IMG/VR virus record: IMGVR_UViG_3300016670_000048
Span: 1 to 64,000 of that record
Source: a virus
Taxonomy: Duplodnaviria; Caudoviricetes
Length of the DNA: 64,000 nucleotides
Reading direction: 5' to 3' (one strand)
The translations under genes were made by a program, and so were the position numbers. Positions 37,718 through 47,112 of the stretch are shown here, one piece after another. The stretch's first letter is position 1. Every line of letters begins with the position of its first letter. The notes beneath the pieces are model-generated. The model was not told where the DNA came from and made no database searches. It worked only from the letters and a program-made list of their open reading frames with translations.

Positions 37718-38270
37718 ACGCTTCTTTCATCCGATTGTGGTAATTATTTTTGGCGTACCCCGGACCATTATAAGCACGAGCCACCCCAACCCAGTCTTTA
37801 GCCTTGAGGGCTTTCAGAACATTTGGGCTTGCTTTAACAAAGCGGATAAACAATTCAAGTTGACCTTCCTCTGTATAAGCCTTGTTCACAAACTCTTGAA
37901 CAGATGAGTAGCCCAACACCTTCCAGTGGTATGCCATTATTTGATAGGCTCCCCACGAAGCACTCTCAAGGGCTGTGACCCGATCAATCTTCACAGCCCT
38001 ATCAAGACGTTCATGTTCAGCTAAACCGCCTTTGTAACCCCCGGGGGTAGGATTAACAATATCAGGATACTTAGCAGCCATGTCAGCAGACTTAATTGGG
38101 GTGAAATCCCTAAGACGTTTGAACATTACATGGCGTTCAAAGAGAATCTTAGGGATTTTATTTCCAGCCTTATCTGTGATGAAGCCATCACCAGCCGACT
38201 CGACCGAAGCAATAGCTTTGACAGCAGCTTCTTCTACACCTAACAATTGTGCTGCTTTAGAGTAATCCAT
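37695..38270 (-). CDS. endolysin, N-acetylmuramidase (DUF3380-like)
   Basis: AIASVESAG, PKILFERH, ESASWGAYQIM, YNGPGY. Confidence 0.9.
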   Translation of the reverse strand: MDYSKAAQLLGVEEAAVKAIASVESAGDGFITDKAGNKIPKILFERHVMFKRLRDFTPIKSADMAAKYPDIVNPTPGGYKGGLAEHERLDRAVKIDRVTALESASWGAYQIMAYHWKVLGYSSVQEFVNKAYTEEGQLELFIRFVKASPNVLKALKAKDWVGVARAYNGPGYAKNNYHNRMKEAYDQFSKQ

Positions 38271-38335
38271 AATTATAATCCTCGCAGCACAAAGGCTGTA
38301 ATCAATGTAAATTCGACTTATAAATTAACCAAAAA

Positions 38336-38881
38336 TCACCAATTTATAACCTCTATTTGTTCTTTTGTAGTTGCTGCATCCACTGCTGCCAAAAGAGAGG
38401 CTAGTTTAACTTGTGAACCTTTGATATGAATATTCATATCAATCATAACACCCAATATTTCATCGGCGGTGTGAGCTTTCCACTGGTATCTTGTCCCGTC
38501 TGAAGCCCACAAAGGCTCTGTTGAATCTGTTGCACTTGCGATGTCAAACCTAATCTTCAGATTCACTTGGTCAACTAGACGACAATCGTAGTTGTGAATA
38601 CTACCGAGTGCATTAGATTGAAAACTAGACCTTGTAATTTCATCTGAACAAGCCTCTCTCAGCAGAACTCTTTTGGCTTCGGCTAAAATAGGAATAGGAA
38701 TCGGTGGTGGAACATAAGGAGCAAAATGCCACACACCAAATTCATCTTCTGTAGCTACCCAGTAAATAGCAGTTTCTTCTGGGCAAACTTGCCAATTGTA
38801 GATTATCGGAGGGAACCTTCCCTCAGGATCTATGTCAGTTAGTTCAACAACACGTCCTTCTTCTATTCGCGCCCACATCAT
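38336..38881 (-). CDS. tail fibre assembly chaperone (DUF4376-like)
   Basis: Follows the fibre gene; ...LGSIHNYD...AATTKEQIEVINW. Confidence 0.75.
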   Translation of the reverse strand: MMWARIEEGRVVELTDIDPEGRFPPIIYNWQVCPEETAIYWVATEDEFGVWHFAPYVPPPIPIPILAEAKRVLLREACSDEITRSSFQSNALGSIHNYDCRLVDQVNLKIRFDIASATDSTEPLWASDGTRYQWKAHTADEILGVMIDMNIHIKGSQVKLASLLAAVDAATTKEQIEVINW

Positions 38882-38887
38882 TCCAAA

Positions 38888-39853
38888 TCACCACTCAATG
38901 TAAATAGACCCAGCAAAACCATTACCACCCTGTAAGGCATTGTTTGTTACGGCGGCACCGCTGCCGCCGTCGCCGGGAACAAGACCGTTGCTACCCGCAC
39001 CCACCCCCCCGTCAGCGCCGCCGCCGATGAAAGCACCGCCACCACCGTTGCCACCATAGGCGCCACCACTGCTTGTTATTCCTACGAGGGTTCCATCAGT
39101 ACCACCATTACCTCTGGCCTTGATAGTACCGGTAGTGCCTACACCACCAGATGCCCCGCTGAGTACGATTGCAACTGTTTGGGAACCTGCACCAATCCCA
39201 CCACTACCTCCATTAGCTACAACGAAAGCTCCAAAAAGCGTAGTTCCTCCGGGTAAGCCATTCCAACCATTCGACAGCTGTCCCCCGGCACCACCTGCGC
39301 CGACTGTCATGGAAACAGTTGTAACTCCTGTGAGGTCCACAATAGACCTTGCACCACCACCACCACCACCACCACCGGCTGCCCCACTCACAGTACTTTG
39401 AATACCACCACCCCCACCACCACCACCAATTACTGTAACAGTGGCTTTTTTCAGCCCAAGACGGAGGACAAGAGGTACTGTCCAAGAACTAGTTCCCGGG
39501 GTTGTGAATAGGACTTCATTGCTCTTAAAAATATCTGACCAATTTACTTCTAAAGTGTCAGTGGTGGGGTTTTGATTAGTATTTGTTGTGAGTGCAACGT
39601 ACACTTTACCATTAGCACCTTGTACAAAACTCTTACCAGCTTGATACTCCGTTAAACTGTCCCACACAGAAATACCATGCTGCAAGATGTGCGCTATACC
39701 TTGATCTTGACGGTTTTGGGAATAGTTTTCCCACTGAAACGGGGGAACTTCTGCGGTCCAGCCTGTTGCAATCTTTACATCACTAGGTGCTACAATTGCA
39801 CCGCCACTTGCCCACAAACCATTATTAAAATTGGGCTTGAGAATTTCTGGCAT
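38888..39853 (-). CDS. tail fibre protein with glycine-rich C-terminal domain (321 aa)
   Basis: WASGG/TGW/PPFQWEN baseplate anchor; FTTPGTSSWTVP...GGGGGGG...GSIYIEW. Confidence 0.85.
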   Translation of the reverse strand: MPEILKPNFNNGLWASGGAIVAPSDVKIATGWTAEVPPFQWENYSQNRQDQGIAHILQHGISVWDSLTEYQAGKSFVQGANGKVYVALTTNTNQNPTTDTLEVNWSDIFKSNEVLFTTPGTSSWTVPLVLRLGLKKATVTVIGGGGGGGGIQSTVSGAAGGGGGGGGARSIVDLTGVTTVSMTVGAGGAGGQLSNGWNGLPGGTTLFGAFVVANGGSGGIGAGSQTVAIVLSGASGGVGTTGTIKARGNGGTDGTLVGITSSGGAYGGNGGGGAFIGGGADGGVGAGSNGLVPGDGGSGAAVTNNALQGGNGFAGSIYIEW

Positions 39854-39868
39854 TAATAAATTTCCTTC

Positions 39869-40633
39869 TTAAAGGAGTTGGCCATATTGCCCACCCACTG
39901 ATAAATCACCTAAATCTCCGTAGCCACGGGCATTAGGAGCACCTTGAAAACCAAAATAGTTTTCAGCAATAAATTGTCCAAAGTTAACCCGAACACCAAT
40001 TGGTTTTGGGACAAATCTGGACGGATAACCAGAAGAATAGGATGTGTAATTGAGCAAAACCCTTTCAAATGATGTAAGCTCGCGTCCCATCATCAGAGTG
40101 AACTCTGCATTACCTTCTGCCACAACTAGGTTGATATCTATACCAAATACAAATTGCATAAAATCAATAAACTGATTTGGGGTTGCGTTTGTATTATTTT
40201 TTATAATCTTAGCTTTAATGAACAAACGATACTGCTCATCTGTCAAAAGGGTGTTACCAGCCAATGGATTATTAAAATCGTAGTATGGACCACCTAAAGT
40301 TGAATTATTCAAGTCACCATAAGACTGGGCATCTGGATATCCTTGGAAAGCAAAGAATACTAAAAGTGCAGTATCAATGAGTTCACGGGGTTGACCAACA
40401 ATATCACCGATGATATCTAACTGAGCACCGGTTGCAGTATCAATAGAACGCTCTTGCATCAACTGGCGGAAGACTTCTTGAAGTTCTATCTTTCCGCCAA
40501 GGAGGAGTTGGAGATATTTGTCAAATATAACCGCCCCACCTTGACCACCTTCGTCTAATTTAAACTGTTCAGTCGTTCTTGAACGTGCTTCAGAAAGATA
40601 ATCGATAATGTTAAAGGGATTAAGTTCTGACAT
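39869..40633 (-). CDS. baseplate wedge protein (DUF2612-like)
   Basis: IDTATGAQLDIIGDIVG, LTDEQYRLFIKAKI, PKPIGV. Confidence 0.85.
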   Translation of the reverse strand: MSELNPFNIIDYLSEARSRTTEQFKLDEGGQGGAVIFDKYLQLLLGGKIELQEVFRQLMQERSIDTATGAQLDIIGDIVGQPRELIDTALLVFFAFQGYPDAQSYGDLNNSTLGGPYYDFNNPLAGNTLLTDEQYRLFIKAKIIKNNTNATPNQFIDFMQFVFGIDINLVVAEGNAEFTLMMGRELTSFERVLLNYTSYSSGYPSRFVPKPIGVRVNFGQFIAENYFGFQGAPNARGYGDLGDLSVGGQYGQLL

Positions 40634-41521
40634 CTAAATTGTCCCCCAAAATAAGTGATCCATTTGGAGAACATCTTTGGAGAACAGTTCTGTATTACCG
40701 CTCTTAAGCGGGGCGCTGTTTATAACTCTGTAGTCTTTAAACATGGAGAGGATATTCTTTTCGCACATAGCAGCCTCAGAACCCAACTCGAAAGTGTGGA
40801 AATATAGTATTGTGATTTTACTCAAATCCCCCTTAAACCTTTCTTTGATGCTTCTGTTAGTTATACCTATTTTCCAATAAACCTGACTCTTGTCAGAAAT
40901 CCTTAAATAGTAAAGGCTCCCCGGTTTAGAATAATCAAATCCTCCACCAATTGCTGGATGGCAATCCATGCAACTTCTTCCGGCTAGAAGATTACCTGTA
41001 CTACACCTCCACTTTCCACCACAGACATTGCATTGACAATCTATATTTAATAGATTGTTTTTATATTCACCAGATACGGTAATATCTCTTTCTGTGGCAT
41101 CTAATCTACTTTGAATAATTTCTAGAGTCAGAGGCAAAGTATTTGCACACCTAGGGCATCCGTTTTTCATAAAAGATGATGGGGAGCATCTCCAACCGTA
41201 GCTACAAACTTCACATTCGATATCAAGCTTAGTTCTTTTATTTTTATAATCTTCTTCTGGACTTTTTATTAGTAGTTTTTTACCAGCAAAGTCGAGAGAG
41301 TCTTGTAAAGTTGCAACAGTCCATTTAATTTTTCTGTTGCAGGAAGGGCAACCATTTTTAATTAGATTGGAAGGCAAACTTTCCCATTCATATTCACATA
41401 CAAGACACTTTGATTTCAGTTTACAGCCTGAGCCTTTATACTCTCCAGTTAGGAGAAATTTCTTATCAAGCGCATTTAATTTATTCTGGTAGAGTTGTAG
41501 GCCATTCTCTAGAAATTTCAT
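40634..41521 (-). CDS. putative homing endonuclease: three Zn-ribbon repeats plus C-terminal GIY-YIG-like domain
   Basis: Three CxxC-x(13-14)-CxxC units; SLYY...WKIGIT...ERF...E...GNTELF. Confidence 0.75.
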   Translation of the reverse strand: MKFLENGLQLYQNKLNALDKKFLLTGEYKGSGCKLKSKCLVCEYEWESLPSNLIKNGCPSCNRKIKWTVATLQDSLDFAGKKLLIKSPEEDYKNKRTKLDIECEVCSYGWRCSPSSFMKNGCPRCANTLPLTLEIIQSRLDATERDITVSGEYKNNLLNIDCQCNVCGGKWRCSTGNLLAGRSCMDCHPAIGGGFDYSKPGSLYYLRISDKSQVYWKIGITNRSIKERFKGDLSKITILYFHTFELGSEAAMCEKNILSMFKDYRVINSAPLKSGNTELFSKDVLQMDHLFWGTI

Positions 41522-41532
41522 ACAAATGACCT

Positions 41533-42984
41533 TTACGTAATGATAATATTAATAGCGCTGATGCTGGCAATTTGGTCAAAACTCACTGGGACATTGGTTG
41601 TACCAACGGGCGCTGGACTTGTACCAATCTTCAAGGATACAACCTCGTGACCGGGCACCGAGTTGATCGGCGTATACAAACGACTATAGATAACATCATC
41701 GCCAGTTCCAAGATTATCTGCAAAGTATTGTATGATTGCACTTCTGATAGCATCATTACCATTTGCTGGGAAGTTAACATCAGTTGTGATATCAATGGAG
41801 ATATATATAACCAAAGCATTAGGGCGGGAGAAACTCACATTGTGAGCAAAGCCTTGCACATCATTAATACTTACAGTGGTGTTACCATAACTCAAAATAC
41901 CAATTGGTTTATTCTCCCAGATAGCATTTGCAATATCTGTAGAAAGTCCACCAACAACAATCGGTAAAAAGCTATGAGCTGGCACACCATTACCATCTAC
42001 AATGCTAGTGTCATTCTCGTAGATAGTTACTTCACTGACATTATCCAGATTAATAAGGGCTGAGTAGATGGAATCTAACGTGTTTGTAGCCCTGTCATAC
42101 TTACCGTTGCGGAACCTTAAACGAAGTTCTTCATCAGTTTCTCGTTCAGTGCCGGGAGTAGCTGCGGCAGGATTTATAACACTGTCCCAGCCAAGCATTG
42201 GAGTTAGAATGGTATCAATAGTATTTGCTGGCTGAACAATAACACCAGCAACAGTTGCTACAACTTCGCCAACAGTACGAACTTTAACAATCCCAAGATT
42301 AGGGGTGGTTGTAAAGTTTACTGTCTGGAAGATATCATTACGGTTAATTACTAAAGTGCCGGTAGCACCAGTACCAACAACTGTAGCTGTAAGACTTGGA
42401 TGAGCACCAATGATTACAGTACGAAGACCATTCAGGATTTCATCATAAGTTGCACTTGCATCAGATGTGAAGGTAATGGTATTGGTGCTAGTTGTGTTGG
42501 AATAACTGATGCTGTAAGCTGTGCTATTGGCTAGGGTGACTACGGAGACGGTGACACCACTAGCGTTGCTAGGAGACAGAGAAATAGCGCCAACTGTAGT
42601 GAATTGCTCACCAGTTGTGGAGCTGCTTACAGTTTGTCCTACAGGGATTAGCGTATTCGTATCACCAGCTACAAGAATAGATGATGTGGTAAAGGTTTGT
42701 TCTTTACGAGTGAGTCCAGCATAAGCTACGAGGTTATCAAGAGCAATACCTGTAGCAGAGTTTGGGTCAAAGGCTGCATATACTTCTTGAGCAGCTTCCC
42801 ATAGGTCAGCTTCAGAGGGGGCAGCTAGGGAGATAAGGCGACCGAGGGCGGAAGAATCTGAAACATCGACGGTATCGCCTACAGCCGTGAGGTCTATAAA
42901 AAGTTGTACAGCCAAGGCCCTATCATCTGCCAAGATATCGGCCAAGCGTTTAATGACAAACCCGGCGTCTGTTAAACCTGCCAT
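41533..42984 (-). CDS. baseplate J-like protein
   Basis: ATGIALDNL, GTERETDEELRLR, YENDT motifs. Confidence 0.9.
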   Translation of the reverse strand: MAGLTDAGFVIKRLADILADDRALAVQLFIDLTAVGDTVDVSDSSALGRLISLAAPSEADLWEAAQEVYAAFDPNSATGIALDNLVAYAGLTRKEQTFTTSSILVAGDTNTLIPVGQTVSSSTTGEQFTTVGAISLSPSNASGVTVSVVTLANSTAYSISYSNTTSTNTITFTSDASATYDEILNGLRTVIIGAHPSLTATVVGTGATGTLVINRNDIFQTVNFTTTPNLGIVKVRTVGEVVATVAGVIVQPANTIDTILTPMLGWDSVINPAAATPGTERETDEELRLRFRNGKYDRATNTLDSIYSALINLDNVSEVTIYENDTSIVDGNGVPAHSFLPIVVGGLSTDIANAIWENKPIGILSYGNTTVSINDVQGFAHNVSFSRPNALVIYISIDITTDVNFPANGNDAIRSAIIQYFADNLGTGDDVIYSRLYTPINSVPGHEVVSLKIGTSPAPVGTTNVPVSFDQIASISAINIIIT

Positions 42985-42996
42985 GTGTTGGAATCC

Positions 42997-43920
42997 TTAA
43001 AATTGATTTAATTGGATGTCTAGAAATTCCCCGAGACTTTGTATTGGGAAAGTTTCCGTGTAACCTTTTGGCAATTCATGTTTAAGGAAATAGGCTGGTA
43101 ACTGAGCTTTTATTTGCCTTTCATGTTCACTTGCTTTATAACCATCTTCGTACTCCCACTTACAAGAGAGTTCAAATTTTATTCCCAGCGATTCGTTATA
43201 CTTTCCATGCTCATACAATCTCCTTTTCAAGTCTCCAGTGATGCCATATTTATATCCGATTAGAATGTCATGTTCTGATATAACCCTAACCAGATACAAT
43301 GTCGCTGGATTCTTAGTATTGAACCCATACCCAGCGCATTTTGTGCACCTGCTTCCATTGCGAATAGAGTGTACTGTTGTTTCCCAATTAGCTTCACAAG
43401 CCTCACAGTAACAAGTCACCCTTAATCTCTCCTTATCCCCAGAAGTATATTGAAAGTTCTCTAGTTTATAAGGTTGTCCTGCCAGATGATTAGTAAGTTC
43501 CAGATGAAGTTCTTGTTCGGTAAGCCGTCTTGCTTTATTACATGCAGCACAGCCACCGTCTTGATATATAAAACTATTATATCTTGACTTGGTGACATAA
43601 GTGCAAACGTTGCAATAGAGTTCTAAATATCCCCTTGATAAACTAAGATCGGCACTAATTAGAGTAAGATTTTTATCTTTAATCTTGTTCTTAATTACCT
43701 TTAGTTTACGGTCTGGACTGCAATTTGCTTTCTTACTACACAAACAAGACTTTCGATCCCTCAACATATTTTTAGCAGTGTTTTTAAACACATATGAGCA
43801 GACAAGACATCTGAATTCAAAAGTGGTCGATTGAGAGTAATTTTCGGGCACTTCAAGGACTTCATAAAGATCACCGAAATGTTTAACTATACTGTTTGGA
43901 AAGAGTTCAGATAAGATCAT
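42997..43920 (-). CDS. putative homing endonuclease: Zn-ribbon repeats plus C-terminal GIY-YIG-like domain
   Basis: Three Cys-rich units; TLYLV...YKYGIT...RR..EH...E...GYTETF; paralog of 40634..41521. Confidence 0.75.
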   Translation of the reverse strand: MILSELFPNSIVKHFGDLYEVLEVPENYSQSTTFEFRCLVCSYVFKNTAKNMLRDRKSCLCSKKANCSPDRKLKVIKNKIKDKNLTLISADLSLSRGYLELYCNVCTYVTKSRYNSFIYQDGGCAACNKARRLTEQELHLELTNHLAGQPYKLENFQYTSGDKERLRVTCYCEACEANWETTVHSIRNGSRCTKCAGYGFNTKNPATLYLVRVISEHDILIGYKYGITGDLKRRLYEHGKYNESLGIKFELSCKWEYEDGYKASEHERQIKAQLPAYFLKHELPKGYTETFPIQSLGEFLDIQLNQF

Positions 43921-43922
43921 AA

Positions 43923-44294
43923 TTAATTCAACGGCTGAATAAGTATGGGGGCCGTAACTTCACCAGTAACAACTCTCACTTTAAACACCAAAGAATATTG
44001 ACGATTTACAAAAGTAGAATCAAAACTAACAATCTCTTTAACACCATCCTCTGCTAATATTTGACTTTGGAAAATCAAATCCGCTGCTGCTTTAGAGGTT
44101 TGCTTCTGCCCCAACAGACGTTCGAAGTAGGGGACGCCATATACCATATTGATGAACCATTCCGAATAGAAGGTCAATAAACGGATCTTTAGACGCTGAC
44201 CGACAGTTTCAGTTAAAGGCTGGGTTGTTTCTTCTTTTCGAAGGGGACCATTCCGCCAAATTATATCCCAGTCCTGACTAAGCTTGAAGTCAAT
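43923..44294 (-). CDS. baseplate wedge protein (gp25/Mu gp46-like), probable ATT start
   Basis: GGAGG-N6-ATT GAC TTC; QRLKIRLLTFYSEWF...GVPY motif begins upstream of the track's TTG start. Confidence 0.8.
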   Translation of the reverse strand: MDFKLSQDWDIIWRNGPLRKEETTQPLTETVGQRLKIRLLTFYSEWFINMVYGVPYFERLLGQKQTSKAAADLIFQSQILAEDGVKEIVSFDSTFVNRQYSLVFKVRVVTGEVTAPILIQPLN

Positions 44295-44307
44295 AATACA
44301 CCTCCAA

Positions 44308-45081
44308 TTAAGGGTTAGTTGGCGGAATAACCGCAGGAGCGTGGCGGTGGGTATTGAAAATTACACCGTTAAAGGTAGCAACACCTGTCATAGAATAGTT
44401 GCCGACTTGTGTCAGATTACCTTGAAGGTTTATACTTCCCAGCCAATCTGTGCTTGCAACATCTACAGTCATAGTCTGTGCATTCAAATTAATACTATTA
44501 GAGGCATTAACTGTGGCATCAGAACAATTAATAATAACCGGCTGGTTAGAAGTATTAATTTCAATACTGCCATCAGACTTCAATCTTACTTCGCTTTCTG
44601 CACCACCCAGATTAGCAAAAATCACTACATCCTTAGTATCATGTGTTAGAACATGCTTTGCTGGATTATTCACAGCCACACCGGGAGGTTGGATACCCGG
44701 AAGAAAGATAGCGTCTCCCTTGTCCATCTTAGCGAAGTTCATAGGACTTGCTGGACGACCATTGCCAGCTTTCCAACCATCCATGTTCCTCATAGAGAAC
44801 ATGGCAGTGCCTGTATCACCCACCTCAATAGGGAAAGTGAACCCAGACTTTTTAGATACTTGGAAAGATACTGGGACACCGGGGATAACCGCACGCTCTT
44901 TAACAGTGCCATCTTGTTCAAGTTGATTAATCGTTGGTTGTATATCAACCATCTGACCATTCAATCCGTCCCTGACAGCCACGACAATACAAGGTATAAT
45001 TGTGTAAAGATTTTGCATTTGACTGCTAAAAGCACTAACCATCGTACTTTGTATAGCTGCTACAGCTTCAGAACTCATCAC
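44308..45081 (-). CDS. baseplate central spike (Gp138/gp45-like)
   Basis: PGVPV.F...FPIEVGDTG..MFS.R OB-fold; C-terminal beta-helix and HxH metal motif (NTHRH). Confidence 0.88.
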   Translation of the reverse strand: MMSSEAVAAIQSTMVSAFSSQMQNLYTIIPCIVVAVRDGLNGQMVDIQPTINQLEQDGTVKERAVIPGVPVSFQVSKKSGFTFPIEVGDTGTAMFSMRNMDGWKAGNGRPASPMNFAKMDKGDAIFLPGIQPPGVAVNNPAKHVLTHDTKDVVIFANLGGAESEVRLKSDGSIEINTSNQPVIINCSDATVNASNSINLNAQTMTVDVASTDWLGSINLQGNLTQVGNYSMTGVATFNGVIFNTHRHAPAVIPPTNP

Positions 45082-45977
45082 TTAGCTCCAGATTGAACTA
45101 CTTTCTCTAAACTCACGGCTTTAAGCTCCGTATACCAGCCTGACGAACGCCATCCCCCAGAGTGTCTAAGAGATTCAACCTTAAGCCAACCTGTGATAAG
45201 AGTATCTTCTAGATATATAATATCCCCAGCTTTGATATCTGGATTAAGAAGTATCTTCATCTGAATTCCGGGCTTTTTCGCTTTGTCCTTTTTTGACCTA
45301 CGACGATCACCAGAAACTCTGTAAGGAGTTTCAATCAAACCTGTGTACTTAGATATAACATAGGCCTGATTGAAGTTCTCAGTGGCTGCACGATCATTGT
45401 TGTGGACATATAGAACACCGTCATCAATTTGAGTATCTAGGGCATACTTCTCAGCAAGTTCATCCAGCATCTCTTTAGGAGTGCCCATGAGGGGGTACCC
45501 GTAGATAATCTCATTACTAAGATTTGTACCATTGTAGACGCCGCGAGATACACCGGGAAGGTTTTTACGAATGGCTTCAGCTACATCTTTGACAGTCTGG
45601 CCGGGCGCTACAAGCTCCGAAAGAATTTGATGATTCAGTTCTACGTAGCCATCTCCAAGTTGTATCTGTGTAACCCGATCCGTACCAGACTTCCTCGTAG
45701 AAACGTGGGTAACTTGACCAGAAAAGAGGCGTTTAGGTCCGCCCGTATCAAGATATCCAGCCTCGAACACTGCGGCTGGATAGTCTGTATCCAGCAGTCT
45801 GATATGTTCAATAGATAAGTTGGTGACTTCAATAGAAGCAGAATTCGTTCTTTTCTTGTTATCCGTACTTTTACTGATATCAAACTGAACTTGAAGATCA
45901 GTGATTTCTAATGCTTCACCAGAGTTATAGTCACCAATTATTAGTCTATACTGGCGGTTTCTCTGGATTAAGTCCAT
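45078..45977 (-). CDS. baseplate hub protein (gp27/gp44-like)
   Basis: Position; LLNPDIKAGD...LRHSG motif. Confidence 0.8.
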   Translation of the reverse strand: MDLIQRNRQYRLIIGDYNSGEALEITDLQVQFDISKSTDNKKRTNSASIEVTNLSIEHIRLLDTDYPAAVFEAGYLDTGGPKRLFSGQVTHVSTRKSGTDRVTQIQLGDGYVELNHQILSELVAPGQTVKDVAEAIRKNLPGVSRGVYNGTNLSNEIIYGYPLMGTPKEMLDELAEKYALDTQIDDGVLYVHNNDRAATENFNQAYVISKYTGLIETPYRVSGDRRRSKKDKAKKPGIQMKILLNPDIKAGDIIYLEDTLITGWLKVESLRHSGGWRSSGWYTELKAVSLEKVVQSGAK

Positions 45978-46312
45978 TAGTCTTCCTCTGTGTAGATATA
46001 GAAAAGATTATAATACTGATCAATTGAATCTGGGTAAACTTTATAAGGCTCACTGACAATATCCGCTTTCTCTTCCATCCAGATAAAACCTGTAAGAGGG
46101 AATATTGCATAGTCCAGAAACAAAGGATAGTTTGGAACCAAAGCTTCCCCCATTACGATGGGGTTATTATCAGCATCATAGAGATTTATAAAATACAGCT
46201 TTGCTCTTTCATTATAAACAAACTCAAAAATGTATGAGTCACCTTGAAAGGCTATTGTGTAAGTGTAGAAAGGGTCTGGAAACAAAGGCATTGCAATATA
46301 TTTATCAGCCAT
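45977..46312 (-). CDS. baseplate/tail-tip protein
   Basis: Position between Dit-like and hub genes. Confidence 0.75.
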   Translation of the reverse strand: MADKYIAMPLFPDPFYTYTIAFQGDSYIFEFVYNERAKLYFINLYDADNNPIVMGEALVPNYPLFLDYAIFPLTGFIWMEEKADIVSEPYKVYPDSIDQYYNLFYIYTEED

Positions 46313-47102
46313 TTTCCCTTGCCTGCCTTAGTGGATCTGTGTCTTTGGGAGCATTACTTCCAGCATTAGGTCCGTCTACATCTTGAGGAGTGCTGTCTTG
46401 TCTACCCTTTGAAGCTTTACTTGAAGATTTCTTTTTCAAGGAATCTTGAACATCTTTCGGGATTGTTGTCTTCTTCAAAAAAGCAAACGTAACTTGCTCA
46501 AAAGTGATATCACAATAAAGAGCATAACCTGTGTTAGCGTCTTCCTTGAAAGTGATCTTGGTCATTACAAGATTATTAATCACTTTACGCAAAGAGATGT
46601 TATCATATTCAAACAAACGAACCAATTGGATACTAGGGTCAAACTGTCCTGTCTTATCGTTATAGATAACACCAGATGTAAGGTCAATCAGAGCTTGTCT
46701 AATCTGCTCAATTAAATCTGTTCGTCTGGCATCAACTACTACTTCTGGTTGATCATCTGAAAGAAACTGTCCAATACTATCTGGTAGAAATTTCTTTAGC
46801 ACACTTTGATCAGTAGAGTTAACACTAACAGGAGTAGGTGCCTCATTACTGTTATAAGGACTATTACCATCCAAATCTTGAATTAGGTAAGTACCAGTAG
46901 AAATATCTACCCCAGTAATCACAGCACCAATTGTGAAGACCGGATTATTTTTAATAAAATGATCTGTGACATTTCCGCCAGCATCTATTGGATGTTTTGT
47001 GACCTGACCACTGTAATTTTGCGTATATGCCTGTACAGCATCACAGTAGATAAACCCACCATCCTGAACAGAGGAGTCACCCCATTCGATTGCCAAACTC
47101 AT
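46305..47102 (-). CDS. tail tube initiator / Dit-like protein
   Basis: VTKHPIDAG...DH motif; follows tape measure. Confidence 0.75.
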   Translation of the reverse strand: MSLAIEWGDSSVQDGGFIYCDAVQAYTQNYSGQVTKHPIDAGGNVTDHFIKNNPVFTIGAVITGVDISTGTYLIQDLDGNSPYNSNEAPTPVSVNSTDQSVLKKFLPDSIGQFLSDDQPEVVVDARRTDLIEQIRQALIDLTSGVIYNDKTGQFDPSIQLVRLFEYDNISLRKVINNLVMTKITFKEDANTGYALYCDITFEQVTFAFLKKTTIPKDVQDSLKKKSSSKASKGRQDSTPQDVDGPNAGSNAPKDTDPLRQARENG

Positions 47103-47112
47103 AGGTGACTCC

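Noticed and set aside
39213-39485. Trp-repeat ORF (WWWWW) and Pro-rich antisense ORF 39120..39401
   Set aside because: Alternate-frame readings of the GGT glycine repeats in the fibre gene.
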